Shown: positions 36,060 through 48,810 of the stretch, one piece after another
How positions within the stretch are numbered: position 1 is the first letter of the stretch
Layout: each line of letters begins with the position of its first letter
From: Nageia nagi
Taxonomy: Eukaryota > Plantae > Pinophyta
DNA length: 64,000 bases
Assembly: GCA_050084985.1 (NCBI GenBank)
Contig: JBITNC010000001.1
Coordinates: 139,004,001 to 139,068,000, forward strand
Direction of reading: 5' to 3'
Made by a program: the position numbers and the translations under genes
The notes under the pieces: generated by a model
Databases searched by the model: none
What the model was told of the DNA's origin: nothing
The model's input: only the letters and a program-made list of their open reading frames with translations

Positions 36060-37920
36060 AATTTGTTATTTGTAGTTTTATTATTTGATAAATGATCATA
36101 TTTCTTTTTTCTTTCCCTTACAATATTATATTTATTTCTTATTATCTCATTTTTCATTAGGGTAAATAGAAAGGATTTGAATGGGACTCTTACACATCTA
36201 CAAACAACTTTATCCAAATAACCCGTTAGTAATAATATTTATAATAACTAATAAAAAGGATTCATAAATAAAGCATAAACAATAAACATTCAAAATAATA
36301 AAAAATAATAGTATTAACATTAACTACATTAACATAAAATAGAAGAATGATACAATCCAAATAACCTAGGATAATAATATACCTAATTCCATATTGCATT
36401 TATCTCACTATCTCTCTCCATATAACTTGTTCCAAATATTTTGTAATAATATTCCTCTACTTTAGAGGTGATTAGTTTGAGAAATAATTTTTGTATTTTA
36501 AGTGATGTAGATAATATGTTTATCCATCTTCTTCTTCTTTGTTATATATTAATTCTCTTTGATCTTGGAGTACCTAGAACTCTCTATTATAATCTCAACA
36601 TCTTTTATGTATTAAACCTTGACATGCAAGCTTTCTACTTTTTTATCTCTCAGTTTCCTATTTGATATTTCCTCTTTACCATTGTGTTGATCCCATATAC
36701 CTATTGTATTAGCACTTTTATGTTCTTTACTATTTTCTCCCATTAGGTATTTCAATTTAGGAACCCTATTTGTTGGAATTCACAACACCATAAGGAATGA
36801 TATTCATATTCCACTAGTTGGATCCACTTATCATTATTAATATATAGGGTTATTCTATTTAAACATGGTTTAACAAAATTTATTTTGATTTAAATTGTAC
36901 CTATTTTTATGCATTTTTTATTCTTAATATTATTCTCCATATTTTTATTTAGATACATAACCCACCTAATGCATCACCTACTTTTTCTAAAATTCTTTAA
37001 CCCCAAAACTCTATTGTTATGGTGTATATAAAAAACTAGACTAAGATTACATCAATATCTTTCATGAGAAGATTAAAACATGTGAACCATAGTTTTATGT
37101 AAATCCCTCTTGCTTCCATGAAATGGCATATTGGTTTTCATTATCCTTATCTACCTTGCAAGAAAATAATATTGCATAGAACCTTAGTAGGAAAAATATA
37201 ATTTAAAAATGAACTTTAATGTGAGGAATATATTATTAGTACCACTAGGCTAGAATAATTGGATCAATACTAAATACTTTGTAATTAAAATAACACCAAA
37301 TCCTCATAAATAAATTGAATGTAAGTAATAATTGTTACGAAGGCGAGTTCATTTCTTATGCTATCAATGTGATTGCATTTATTATGCTTATAAATTAAAT
37401 ATATTTCCTATGTTGTTTAATTTATAGTATTATTATTAGTATCATTATGATAACAATAAACTCTAGTATTATGTTGATATTATAAAAAATAGTACTAGAA
37501 AGTGAGCATAATGTTGTGCTTCTAACCTAGTTCCATAAGGTGCTTTATGAAGTTTATAGAATAGTGTCCTACCATTAAGAAAATGATATGGTATCCTTCT
37601 ACTAACTTGATAACAAACCATAGTGTTATTAACATGACTATAGATCAATAAGAAATATTATTATCAAATTGACATTAAGTATTTAAATATCAAATATATA
37701 GTAAGAAAAATTATTACCATATTTATAATAAGTATTTGAATATCATCTTGATGAGAAGAAAAATGATATGGGTTTGATTGCCTTTTTATATAGACCTAAC
37801 ATTATGGTTATAAATACAAGGTCATAACTCCTTTTAAGGGTAATGAAAAGGAGCTACAAAGAGTTACTTATAATGGTTATTCAAGAGATCAATTTGAGAT
37901 TGATTATTCTAATTCACATT

Positions 37921-38280
37921 GGTTGCCATCTTTCTAATAACATTGTGAATTTAGAGGAATGTGGTCAATTTATAATAAGGGATCCTTTAGAGCTCAAACT
38001 ACAAGTTGGAGTTTCACCCCTTCCATTCATATTTGGTTTATGGTAGAGTGTCCTCCCTTGAGAGAAAGTTGTTATAAATTATATCTATGGTTGGTGGGGC
38101 TAGAGAATGAGTTGTTCATTACTCCTAGTCGTAATAGTCATATCCTAGTGGAGGGTACTCTATCACCAACTGAAGATGAATGGAAGGGGTGAATCTTCAA
38201 CTTGTATTTTGAGATTTGAAGTAGCCCTTATTATAAATCAACAACATTCCTCTAAACTCATAATTTTATTATAAAATGAC
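37921..38280. mobile_element. MITE-like element with ~130-bp inverted arms
   Basis: 37925-38057 vs reverse complement of 38148-38280 (~75-80% by eye; core ttcaccccttccattcat exact). cacatt occurs on both flanks as a possible TSD. Confidence 0.75.
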
Positions 38281-40799
38281 CACATTTATATTGGTTGAAA
38301 CCCTTCTAACATTGTAACTCCATTTTGAGTCATTAATAAAGCTAGTGAGCTTAATTAAATATGTTTTTTCCTAATACTAGGATTTCTAATATAAATAATC
38401 TTCATGTCATATTAGTATGAATTTATTTCTAATATAAATTATTCTATTTATTTTTATGTATTTAGTTATATTGGAATAGGTATTACATACTTCATTAAAG
38501 TTATTAAATATGTACATATGGAGTATAGTTATAGTTTGACTATCCATAATGGCTCATCACCTCTTCAATGCCTAAGATCCATATATTCCATAGAAAGATA
38601 TTATCAAATTTAGTTAACATTGTTAAAATCATAAGCTTTACTTCATTGATGGAGTCAATATATCATTTATTTTTTCATATTCAGGGTTGGTGTCTTAAGG
38701 CTACATGCGGCTAATACTCTATTTTAAATACTATAGATCTAATGAAAATAGTAACTCTATACTAGAAATAAATAGAACTTCTTTTGAGAAATCATACATA
38801 CATAAATGGTTTTAAACAAATACTATAGTACAAAATGTAAAATATTGAATTAAAACAATAAATATTAGAGACTACATTTTGTCATAGTGGACCTTCCTCC
38901 TTCCAATACAACTCACAAACATAACTTTAGAAATGTAGGATGAAAAACGATTGTATTAACTTCTTCAAAATTTGGGAAATACAATCTTTACATAAACTTC
39001 AAAGTCTTTACAAGTTGTAATTTTAGTTAGCAACCTTTATTCTAAAGTAAAAAGGCTAATACATTCTCAAAACTCTAAAAAACTCTTTGATGGTAATTTA
39101 TTACATTCCTATCACTTACAAGTTTATTTGAAATAGAATCCTAATTTAGCCTATGACTTGTTTAGATATGTATAAAAATAAGATTAAGTAAGTATCCAAC
39201 TTGCTAATAAATCTTCATATTTATTCAACCTCAAGTATATCTTGAATTTGTCTTTTTAGTTTCTTTTTTGTCCACTTTTTTAGTTTCATTAGTTATCCTT
39301 TTAGAACATAATCCTAAAATCTATTACAATTTTTTACTAAAAATGTGGAAGATATATATAGAGTGATACCTGGTACACATAACACTTTATGACATCATGA
39401 TATGTTTATAAAGCCTCCTATTATAAATTTTGAAGTTATCCCTTCTTGAACACATTCTAAAGTTGGTCATTCCTTAGTTAATTTTGGAGTTTGAACATTT
39501 TGAAGTTATCCTTGAAGTTTTTCCATCTAGAACTAATTCTCAAGCTATTTTTTACTTAGACCATATTATTGTTAATTAATATAAAATATTAACATTCAAC
39601 ATTCAAATATAATAATAACCATTAACAACATTTAATTAATACAGATAAAAGCAAATATGTATTCACTTCTAAATATAATAGTTATATAAGTTAAAACATA
39701 ATAATAGTGTGTTATAGTGTTCCAAGTAAAAAAATACATTCATAGAATAATCAAAAAAGGATCTCATTTCTTACCCTATCATTTCACCCCAATTTAGAAT
39801 ATTTCTACTCATGGAGAAATCAAAAATTCATTTATTCTTGTACCATCTATTCATCTTCCTCCTCATTCTCAAAGAACTATAATGCATTATTTGGATCATT
39901 GTAAACTTCATTAGCTAATTCAAGTCATAGGGTTGTACTATCTCATGTATAAGTTGGCTCATACCTACATGAAACTTTACATTCTTTATAAATTTATTAG
40001 GTTTATCCTATGGATACCATATTCATCTAGTAGTTCTGAACTCTAACATCCATGCTCTAAAACCTAAATAATCTTGAATATAAAAATCTCCCAATGTTGT
40101 TCTTGGATGTAAAATTACATGAGATCTATAATGTTGGCCACACCAATTTAGAGTATTATTCATAATGTATTTAATCATTTCTTTAGCTCTCTTTCTACTA
40201 TAGTTTAGATTCCTTGAATTAATTGTCTCCATCTCATTATATTCTTATGTCTGCATATTCCATCTTATTATACATGATTGTAAGGCCCTTTCAAAATTTA
40301 TGTCAATACCACCCTGATAGTCTTGTAAACAAATCTTAAGCATAAGTTTATATCTTTATGCATTATTATTTCTAATAATAACTATTTTAAAGTTAGCTTC
40401 TACTATCGCCAAATACATGGGTTGCTATCGAACAAAGAAAGTGTCATGAGATTTTTTTGTATATATTATTCAATATCTTTAGTCCACTTGATATAATTTA
40501 GAAGGACTGATACAAAAGCCTGTAATTGAATGTTACCAATATACAAACAAGAGAAAAACATTGTATTTCAATTCAAAATGAAATTATGCATATAAAATTC
40601 ACACAACAAAACTTTTCCTCTTCCCTTACTTTAGAATAAACAAAAAGAAATAACATAGCATCATTAACTTTATATGGAAGGTTTTTCTTAATTCCCTTAA
40701 CCTGTCATATGAGAAATTATTCTTTTAAGAACATGTTATATAAAACTAAAGATCATTTCAATATTACAACTTCTTCAAATATGGAACAAAAATCTATTA

Positions 40800-41951
40800 T
40801 AGCTTTCTTGATTAAATGCACGTCCTTAACCTATTTTCTATCTACTTTGAGCCCTTCAAAATGTTTCTCATATTTGTTTGCTAGTTGTGTTGTAAGCTTT
40901 GAATTATAAAGCTTTAAATTTTCAATTTCTTTTTTTTGTTATTCAAGTACTTCTGACACTTATTAAATATTTGTATCCTCATCTTCTACAACTAGGTGAG
41001 CTAGTTTCACATTCTAAAATTGAACTTTTAATTCTTTATTTGTTCTTTATTTTTCCTCAAGCTCTACATTTATCAAGGTTAATTTTATGCATTATCTCAC
41101 TAACTTATCATTTTCAATCTCTAATTTACTTTTCTTGGCATGTTTTTTTTCATTTTCCTCTTCCAAAAGATGAAAACTGGGCATGAATTCCCACATTGGT
41201 ATTTTAGGTTCTTTTCGCATTTGTCCAGTTGCATCTATAACCATTTGGATATATCTACTTCTACTTCATTCTATGGTTGTTGGGTGTCAATTTTTTTTCT
41301 TGTACATAAAATTGTTTCATCCCTCCATTATAACTGTTGGTTTCTTTATCCTTCTCTTCTTCTAAGATTACTAATTGTTTAGGGGTTTCAAAGTTTGTAA
41401 AACAACTAGACTCATTCTCTTTTGAAGTTTCCTTTCTATACTATTTTTTTATTTGAGGAGTTGATATTTGGAACACTTCTTTCTCCCTTAATAGTTTTAG
41501 GTGATGGCTCATTACTATTCAATGTTGTCCCTCATAGGTGAGAAATTTAACAATCCATAATGCCACCTTTTACCATTAGTTTGGAAGACTGTTTTTCATT
41601 ATTCCTTATACATGCATGGCTATGACATATTACTTAGCCTTCTATTCTCCTCTTCAATGGAATTTATCAAGTAGAACATCATACTGCTCTATTGTAATTA
41701 AATCTTCATCTTCTATGAGGAGTCTAGATATTATAGCAATAGTTTCAATAGTAATGGGTATTTGTATGACCCTATAACTCTATATAATTTTCTTCAAAGT
41801 TCTCTATAAACTCCAAAACCATATGCTCATTGAACCCTTGGAATTTTTCAAATAATTCCAAAAGATGGAATTTCTTAAAAATATGAACTACCCTTATATA
41901 TTTCCTTAATTCCACTATTTTCTCTAGTTCTTGCTTCTTGTTTACCCCCAT
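40800..41951 (-). pseudogene. Sense extra ORF downstream of Athila integrase, decayed
   Basis: MGVNKKQELEK..LLELFEKFQGFNEHMVLEFIENF../IPITIETIAIISRL, ending in a Glu/Lys-rich coiled-coil-like segment. Confidence 0.6.
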
Positions 41952-42869
41952 GTTTTTTTTCTTTGAATGAAAGTCAACATTTTTTTTTACAAGTGTAAAC
42001 TACTACATTCATTAATTACACATTATAGCCATCCTTTCACTAACTTGCATGATCCAATGTCATATTGGGCACTCACATATGATAGATTAATTCACTATTC
42101 AAATCTTGACACATGTCCTCATCTTATGTACCTTAATCAATGATTGAATGATTTTGACTTGGAACACATGTAGACTACTAAAATTAGATTTAAACATAAA
42201 TTAAATATTAATTTTAAAATAAACCCATACATCCATCATTAAATACACATCTCATAGCTACTAATAAGTTAAATGTGACATAATTTGTTACTAACATGAC
42301 ATATGGTCAATGTTTACTCCCAATGCACCACTTTTTTCCTACCATGGATGATGTGTCCTTTCTTGGCACTTTTGATAGGTCCTTCTGAAGTGTTAAGTAT
42401 TCTAAAGCCTTATTTCTAAAGCTATTTTTAGCCTTTAATGATTCAATAGTTACAATTCTAAAGTTGTAACTAGAGACCATTTTCTTTTAGAATAATCATT
42501 CCAAAAAAGATATATTTATTATAAAGTAATGGTAAAATATTAAAACCAATGATATATACTTGAAATATAGTAGAATATTCAACTACTCATTAGAATATGG
42601 AAGAACTTTTTTCTTTTTGTTTTTGTTTAGAAATAGATAATGAATGTTAGAAATAGCGGTTTTCACCAAGATAAATGCTAGTTTCCTAGTTTTCATCTAT
42701 TTGACTACCATTTTGACTATGCATTCAAAATTTGTACTCATTTTATTTCTATAATTAGTTTTATTCTTTTGTATATTAAGGTTATTTGTCTATGGAAGAT
42801 AAATCTTCCTCAATAAAATATAGTTTTTCTTTTTTTTAGTTGTTTGATGAATTCTTATTAATTTATGGA

Positions 42870-45722
42870 TAGAGTGTAAGGTCATAGTTGATGCCCATTT
42901 ACCAACATCACTTTACGAATGTTTTCAATTGGTTGAATTTAAATTGTACCATTATCAAAGACTCGTAGAATTTGATATGATCCCAACCATCTGGTCTATA
43001 GTTTTCCTAAGAAATTTTGATACCTAGAATCAAATAGTAAGTCTTACTTTCCTAGAATGAATTTCACATGTTTCAATTATTTAACATGCCATATTTTTCT
43101 TTTTTATTGAAGAATTTATATATTTTGTAATGCTTTAGTTGTATGCTCATTGATCTCATTCAACTATAACATCTTATTTTGTTTGGATTCAGTTAGATCT
43201 AACCCAATTTTCATAGTTGTTATAAGAGTTTGAATATCAAATTATATTAGTAAAAGAGGCTTTTTCTCCATACACCAACTCATAAGGTGTAAACTATATT
43301 GTTGATTTCCATGTGATATTATATGTCAAGACAGCTTCAAGGAGTCTAGTGGACCAATAATTCTTATGACATGTTACAATTATTTTAAGAATATTTTCTA
43401 ATTTTCTATTGGTCAACCTAACTTGGCCACTTATCTAAGGTTTATATGGTGAAGCTTTATTATATTTAATTTTATAATGATTGACAAAATTTCTAATCAT
43501 ATTAGACATAAACTATGGTCCTTAATTTGATACTAATAATCTAGGAGCTCTAAACTTTATCATAATATTATTGTAAAGAAAGCCAACTACTCTTTCTTCT
43601 TTAGCTTGTTCAAGAGCACATACCTCTACCTATTTTATGGTATAATATATACAAATAAGAATGTGCTTTTTACATTTATAAGCTAGGTTGATAGGTCTAA
43701 TAAATTCAATTCCCCATTATTCAAAAGGTTCAAGAATAACTTATGGATGTAATGGCATTTGTGTAGTGAATGTGGGTATCCCCCTTATTTGATACTAATG
43801 ATATTGATGTACATATTTATTCACATATTTTTGTAGTAAAGGATAGTAATATCCAAATCCTAAATCTTTATGGATTATTCTCTTTTCTAAATAATGACCT
43901 CCTAATGCCTCATCATGATAGGCTCTTAAAACATCAAAACTTTCATCTTTTCTAATGCATTTTCTAAGAACATAATCAAGTATACATTTAAAGGGCATTC
44001 CATCTATCCATTTAAATTTTGAGATTTATCTAATAAAACTTTTATTTTATTTCAAAAATAAATTAACTAGAATTTTTTCTATTTCCAAGTAATTAGTTGT
44101 ATCTACAAACCATGGTGTGTGTATAGAGATTGCAAATAACCTTTCATTAAGAAAAGAGTTTTGTACTTGTTCTTCATCTCTATTTCTTCTCATTATAGAT
44201 AAGAAGTTAGATATAACATTAGCCTTTCCCAATTTATTAGCAATAGTGACATTAAATTATTACAATTAAAGTAACCATCTTATAATTCTACCACTTACCA
44301 CCAATTTGTTCATAAGGTATCTGATAGTAGCATGGTCTCTATGAATAAAAACATGGTAACTATAACACAAGATCTAAATTTGTTGATGGCATGTATTATT
44401 GTCAATTTTTTTCTATAGTGGTGTAATTCCTTTCATCTTCCACTAACTTCTTACTAATATAATAGATGACATAATGTATTTGATCGCAATCTTCCTGGTC
44501 TAGTGCTACTCTAATAGCATAATTTGATGCATCAGTATGATTATGAAAAGGTAATATCCAATTTGGACCTCTTGACATAGGGATACAAATGAGTTTCTCT
44601 TTTTTCATCTAAAATAACTTTTCATAGTATATTATTCATTCAAATTCATTATCTTTATAAAGTAATGGGAATAATTGAGCTAAAATCTTTCTAAAAGTTG
44701 ATGTGAATCTTCTATAGTATCTAGCATGTTCAAGAAAACTTCTCACATTTTATGGAGTTGGTAATTGTTTGATAGTCTCAACCTTCATTGGATCCATTTT
44801 TATTCCTCCAACATAAATGTGGTGTCCTAAAATAATGTCTTCTTCCATGATTAGGAAATATTTTTAATAACTTAATGATAGATTGTATGTTTCACATCAA
44901 ACTAACACTTTTTCTATATTGTGTAATGCTTCTTGAAAAGTATCACCATGTACTATGATATCATAGATGTACACTTCTACATAATCATTAGTTAGATAAA
45001 AAAAATGGCTAATACAACTCTTTAAAAAGTTGTAGGAACATTACATGATTCAAATGGAAAAACTTGATAAGTAAAAGTTCTAGAAGCATAAGTAAATGTA
45101 GTCTTCTCTTGGTCTTATTTTGCAATTTGAATTTGATTATAACCATTGAAACCATCAAGCAATAAGAAATATTTCTTACCAATAATATTGTCTAAAAATG
45201 AATGGCAAAGGAAAATGATCCCTATGATTAGCCTTATTCAAATATCTCTAATCCACACATATTCTCCATTTTGTATTATTCTTGGAAATAACTACTAAAG
45301 ATGAAACCCACCTACAATATGAGATAGGATGTATGAATCCTAATTTTAATAATTTTTCAATTTCTTATTGTACAATATCTCTTTGATTACATTTACCCAT
45401 TTAGGTGGCTATTTAACAGGCTTGGTATCATCAGTATATATATGATGGGTATGAATATATGGATGAATTTCATTCATGTTAGAATAATCCAATGCAAATG
45501 ATGAAGTGTAAGATTTTAAAATATTAAATGCTTATTATTCTTCTTTGAATGTCAACCAACTATTTATGTTCAAAGTCTTTTTTGGGAGTACTTCAATTGG
45601 TTTTACTCATGGGTAACTTAGGTTTCTTTGCTCTAGAGGATGCATTAAAAAATTGAGAGAACAAGGATGTGGAAATAAAGAATGAAATACCTTTATTCTT
45701 TCTCTAAATGCCTGTTCACTTG
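42870..45722 (-). pseudogene. Athila-type pol (RT, RNase H, integrase), decayed
   Basis: RT LDGFNGYNQI..DQEKTTFT; RH GPNWILPFHNHTDASNYAI..YVIYYISK..ERNYTT; INT LRKCI..HDEALGGHY and LLFDSRYQNFLGKL*TRWLGSY..FDNGT. Confidence 0.9.
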
Positions 45723-47554
45723 TGTAATGCTACCCCACTGTACTAAACCCCTAAATTTTAGACCATTTTTTTATATTATTAACTCCTATGTGAGGGTTAT
45801 TATTCATGAAACATATATCCCACATTGATGATACCTTTTTGTTTCTCATACTATATCTAAATATTATCATCCCTAGTTAAGTACTAGGGCATGTTCACTA
45901 GGCAAGCCCACCTCACTTGCATGTGATTTCTCATGATGATCATTCTCTAGTTTTATTTGAGTAGCATATTCCTTCACATGATTACCCTCTTTCGAATCTC
46001 AAGTGCCATAATATTGACTAGGTTTGATAACTCATTAATTTCCCCAATCTATTCATTTCATGATTGCTATTAGATTGCATATTACTTAAACTTATTTATT
46101 TATTTAACCTTCTATAATTCCTTCAACACATATGTTAAAAGTGTCATGCATACTATTGTCTTGTATAAAGGATTGACTAAGTTTATTTTCCATGTCAATG
46201 TCCCAAGTTCATGTTTAAGCCTTTTTCTTAAACTAAGTCTTTTATTATTCCTTAATTCTTCATCTCAAATTATTTATTTGTTTGTGAATTTACCCTTAGA
46301 TTTGTTGTCTATTGATGGGTGCAAATAAAACTACTTCTTGTCTCTCTGATAGAGGGCTAATGTTAAACAAACACTTAAACCCTAATAATTCTCTTGAGTG
46401 TAAGTTATATACTTTTACATCTTTACTACATGTCATATTAAGGATATATGTCAATATATTTTAACACAATGCATTACTTCTAAGGTTTAGTTAATATTAT
46501 CTAGGATAATCAATATATAACAATAATGAGTATGTTATGATTCTTGTATCATATTTTTGTAAAAAAATATAAACATGCAATTAGTGTAACTTGCCATGGA
46601 CATGTTGGCTACTTACCTTGGTACCCCGTTTTGGTACTTCTTTACATTTAATTCTCTTATATCCTAACTTACATCATGGGTATATCAAAATAATGACTCC
46701 TAAAGTGATTTTTTATTTATTATATACAATAAATCAAATATGTAGTTTACAACCATGGAGTGCTATTGTGTGGAAAGTATTCATCATCATACAATGTATC
46801 TTCATGCCATCTTCTTTTCATGATCATCCCAAGGATCCAAGATAGATTGGTTGTAAGTACTATGCAAAGTTTTTGAGCATTTTAGTATCAGGATAACTCT
46901 TCTTATTACCATAATGCTTCCTATTCTAAATGGACCATGTTTTACACATTATTTAAATCATTTTGATACTAGGGTATCACAAGTAATTAGGTTATACTCT
47001 ATTTTTGATCTCAAGAGGTTTTATGCTTTGTTTAAAGCTACCTCCTTTCCTTGATCATAGAGTAAGATTTAATTTAGCTTGAGATACTCAAAGGAAAATA
47101 CTAACATTAAAAATATATGTATCCTAAATTAAATATACACTATTCCATAAACTCTACATTGATTACAGAAATAACTAATTAATTCTCAAAACAAATTAAA
47201 TACAATACTCAAAGCTAAACTTCATAACTTTCTTAGTACAATCAAAGATCAATATAAAAATTATCCTACTCAAGGCCAAATTAATTTTTATAAACTTTAA
47301 AGGTTCTAATTAACCTTTTATAATTTAGGCTTTCAATCTTATTTATTCCTTTACATACTTTAATACACTATAGGCATAATACCCTATGGGTTATTTAGGT
47401 AATGTAATTTAATAATACTTCTTAAGATTTAATGGGCCATACCACTATTACTAACCTTGTCAAGATATTAGTGAGGGGTTTTATTTTCACCACTAAGTAT
47501 TGTTGGAGGAGCTTAAACTCAATTTTTTTCCTCTTATTTTATATGCTAGGAGAG

Positions 47555-48536
47555 CTTGCAAATTATTTGACAAAATAACTCATCAAAATATCATCTCATA
47601 GGTCTTAATGATTGCATAAAATAAATATGTTAGAGAGTCTTGTTATTTATTTAAAAAAAAAAAATGCCTCAATAAAATGCCATCTTATTGGCCATAATGG
47701 TCTTCCAAAATGGACACATTAGAGGGGCCTATTAATTGCTTAACCAAATGACTCATTATAACATAGTCTCATGGGTGCATCAAATGTAAGATATGCATAG
47801 AATCGATACATTGTAAAGGCCTATGAATTATTTGATAAATTACCTTATAAAAATGGTGTCTAAAGGGTGCAATGATAAATATATATGTACAAAATGGATA
47901 CATTGTAAATTCTATGAATTATTTGATAAATTACCTCATTGAAACATTATCTAAAGGATGCAATGATCGACATATATGCATAGAATTGATACACCAAAAG
48001 AACTAGTAAAATGAATGCAAGATATGCACCTAATGGATACATTATAATTATTTAACAAAATGCCTCATCAAAATGAAGTTTATTATGTGTAATGGACATA
48101 GGAAAATGTGTAGAATAAATACTTTGTAAGGGCTTGCAAATTGTTATAAAAAATAGCTCATTAAAGCATAATTTTATGGGTGCAATGGATGCAAGATATG
48201 CACATAATGGATACATTATAATTTTTTAATAAAAAACCTCATTCAAATACAATTTCTTGGACACAATGGATGCAAGAAAATCAAAAAAATAAATACTTTG
48301 TAAGGGATTATGATTTGTAAGATAACATGCCCCAATAAATCATAATACAATGAATGCATGAAATGCATAAAATGGATACATTGTAAGGTTCTTTGAATTG
48401 TTATACAAAATACCTCATCAAAATGCAGTCTCATAGGTGCAATGAGCACATGATAGGCACATAATGGATGCATTATAATGGTCTTTGAATGGTGTGATAA
48501 AATAATTAATTAAATGTAGTCTTATGTCCCATGATG

Positions 48537-48595
<59 letters not shown>

Positions 48596-48810
48596 AGGAT
48601 ATGTGGAAAACAATATACATCATTAAAATGTTGCTTCATGCATCATAGATAAACTCAAATGGATAGAAATGTAAGGGCATATGAAAATGCTTCTCCAAGG
48701 TGTAGGATATACACAAAATAATTATATTGGAAAAGTCTAAGTATTATTTAACAATAGATTTCATCAAAATATAGCCTCAAGGACCTCAATAATCCTAGGA
48801 TATGAATAAT
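47555..48810 (+). pseudogene. Decayed tandem S-type PPR motifs within the LTR
   Basis: Recurrent ~93-bp units reading RACKLFDK..HQNIIS / AYELFDKLP / GYAHNGY. Confidence 0.85.
48540..48594. repeat. (TA)n microsatellite
   Basis: Direct inspection; unexpanded in the sister LTR near 59637. Confidence 0.95.

Larger units (their letters stand above)
40800..45722 (-). mobile_element. 5'-truncated Athila-type Ty3/gypsy element (RT-RH-INT plus extra ORF), cut at 45722 by a Tekay-like insertion
   Basis: Domain motifs as listed in the next two features; LTRs not identified. Confidence 0.8.

Noticed and set aside
35132-36217. Several 65-85 aa ORFs in and near the TatII LTR and the (AT)n tract
   Set aside because: Not conserved as open frames in the sister LTR; the YIYI run is just the microsatellite.
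36060-39900. Possible host gene or exons in the AT-rich stretch
   Set aside because: No recognisable protein motifs or consistent splice structure beyond the MITE-like hairpin.
40709-41382. Cluster of hydrophobic plus-strand ORFs that look like membrane proteins
   Set aside because: They are antisense shadows of the Lys/Glu-rich minus-strand extra ORF.
47555-48810. Functional PPR gene
   Set aside because: Numerous stops and frameshifts in both LTR copies, and no E/DYW domain seen.
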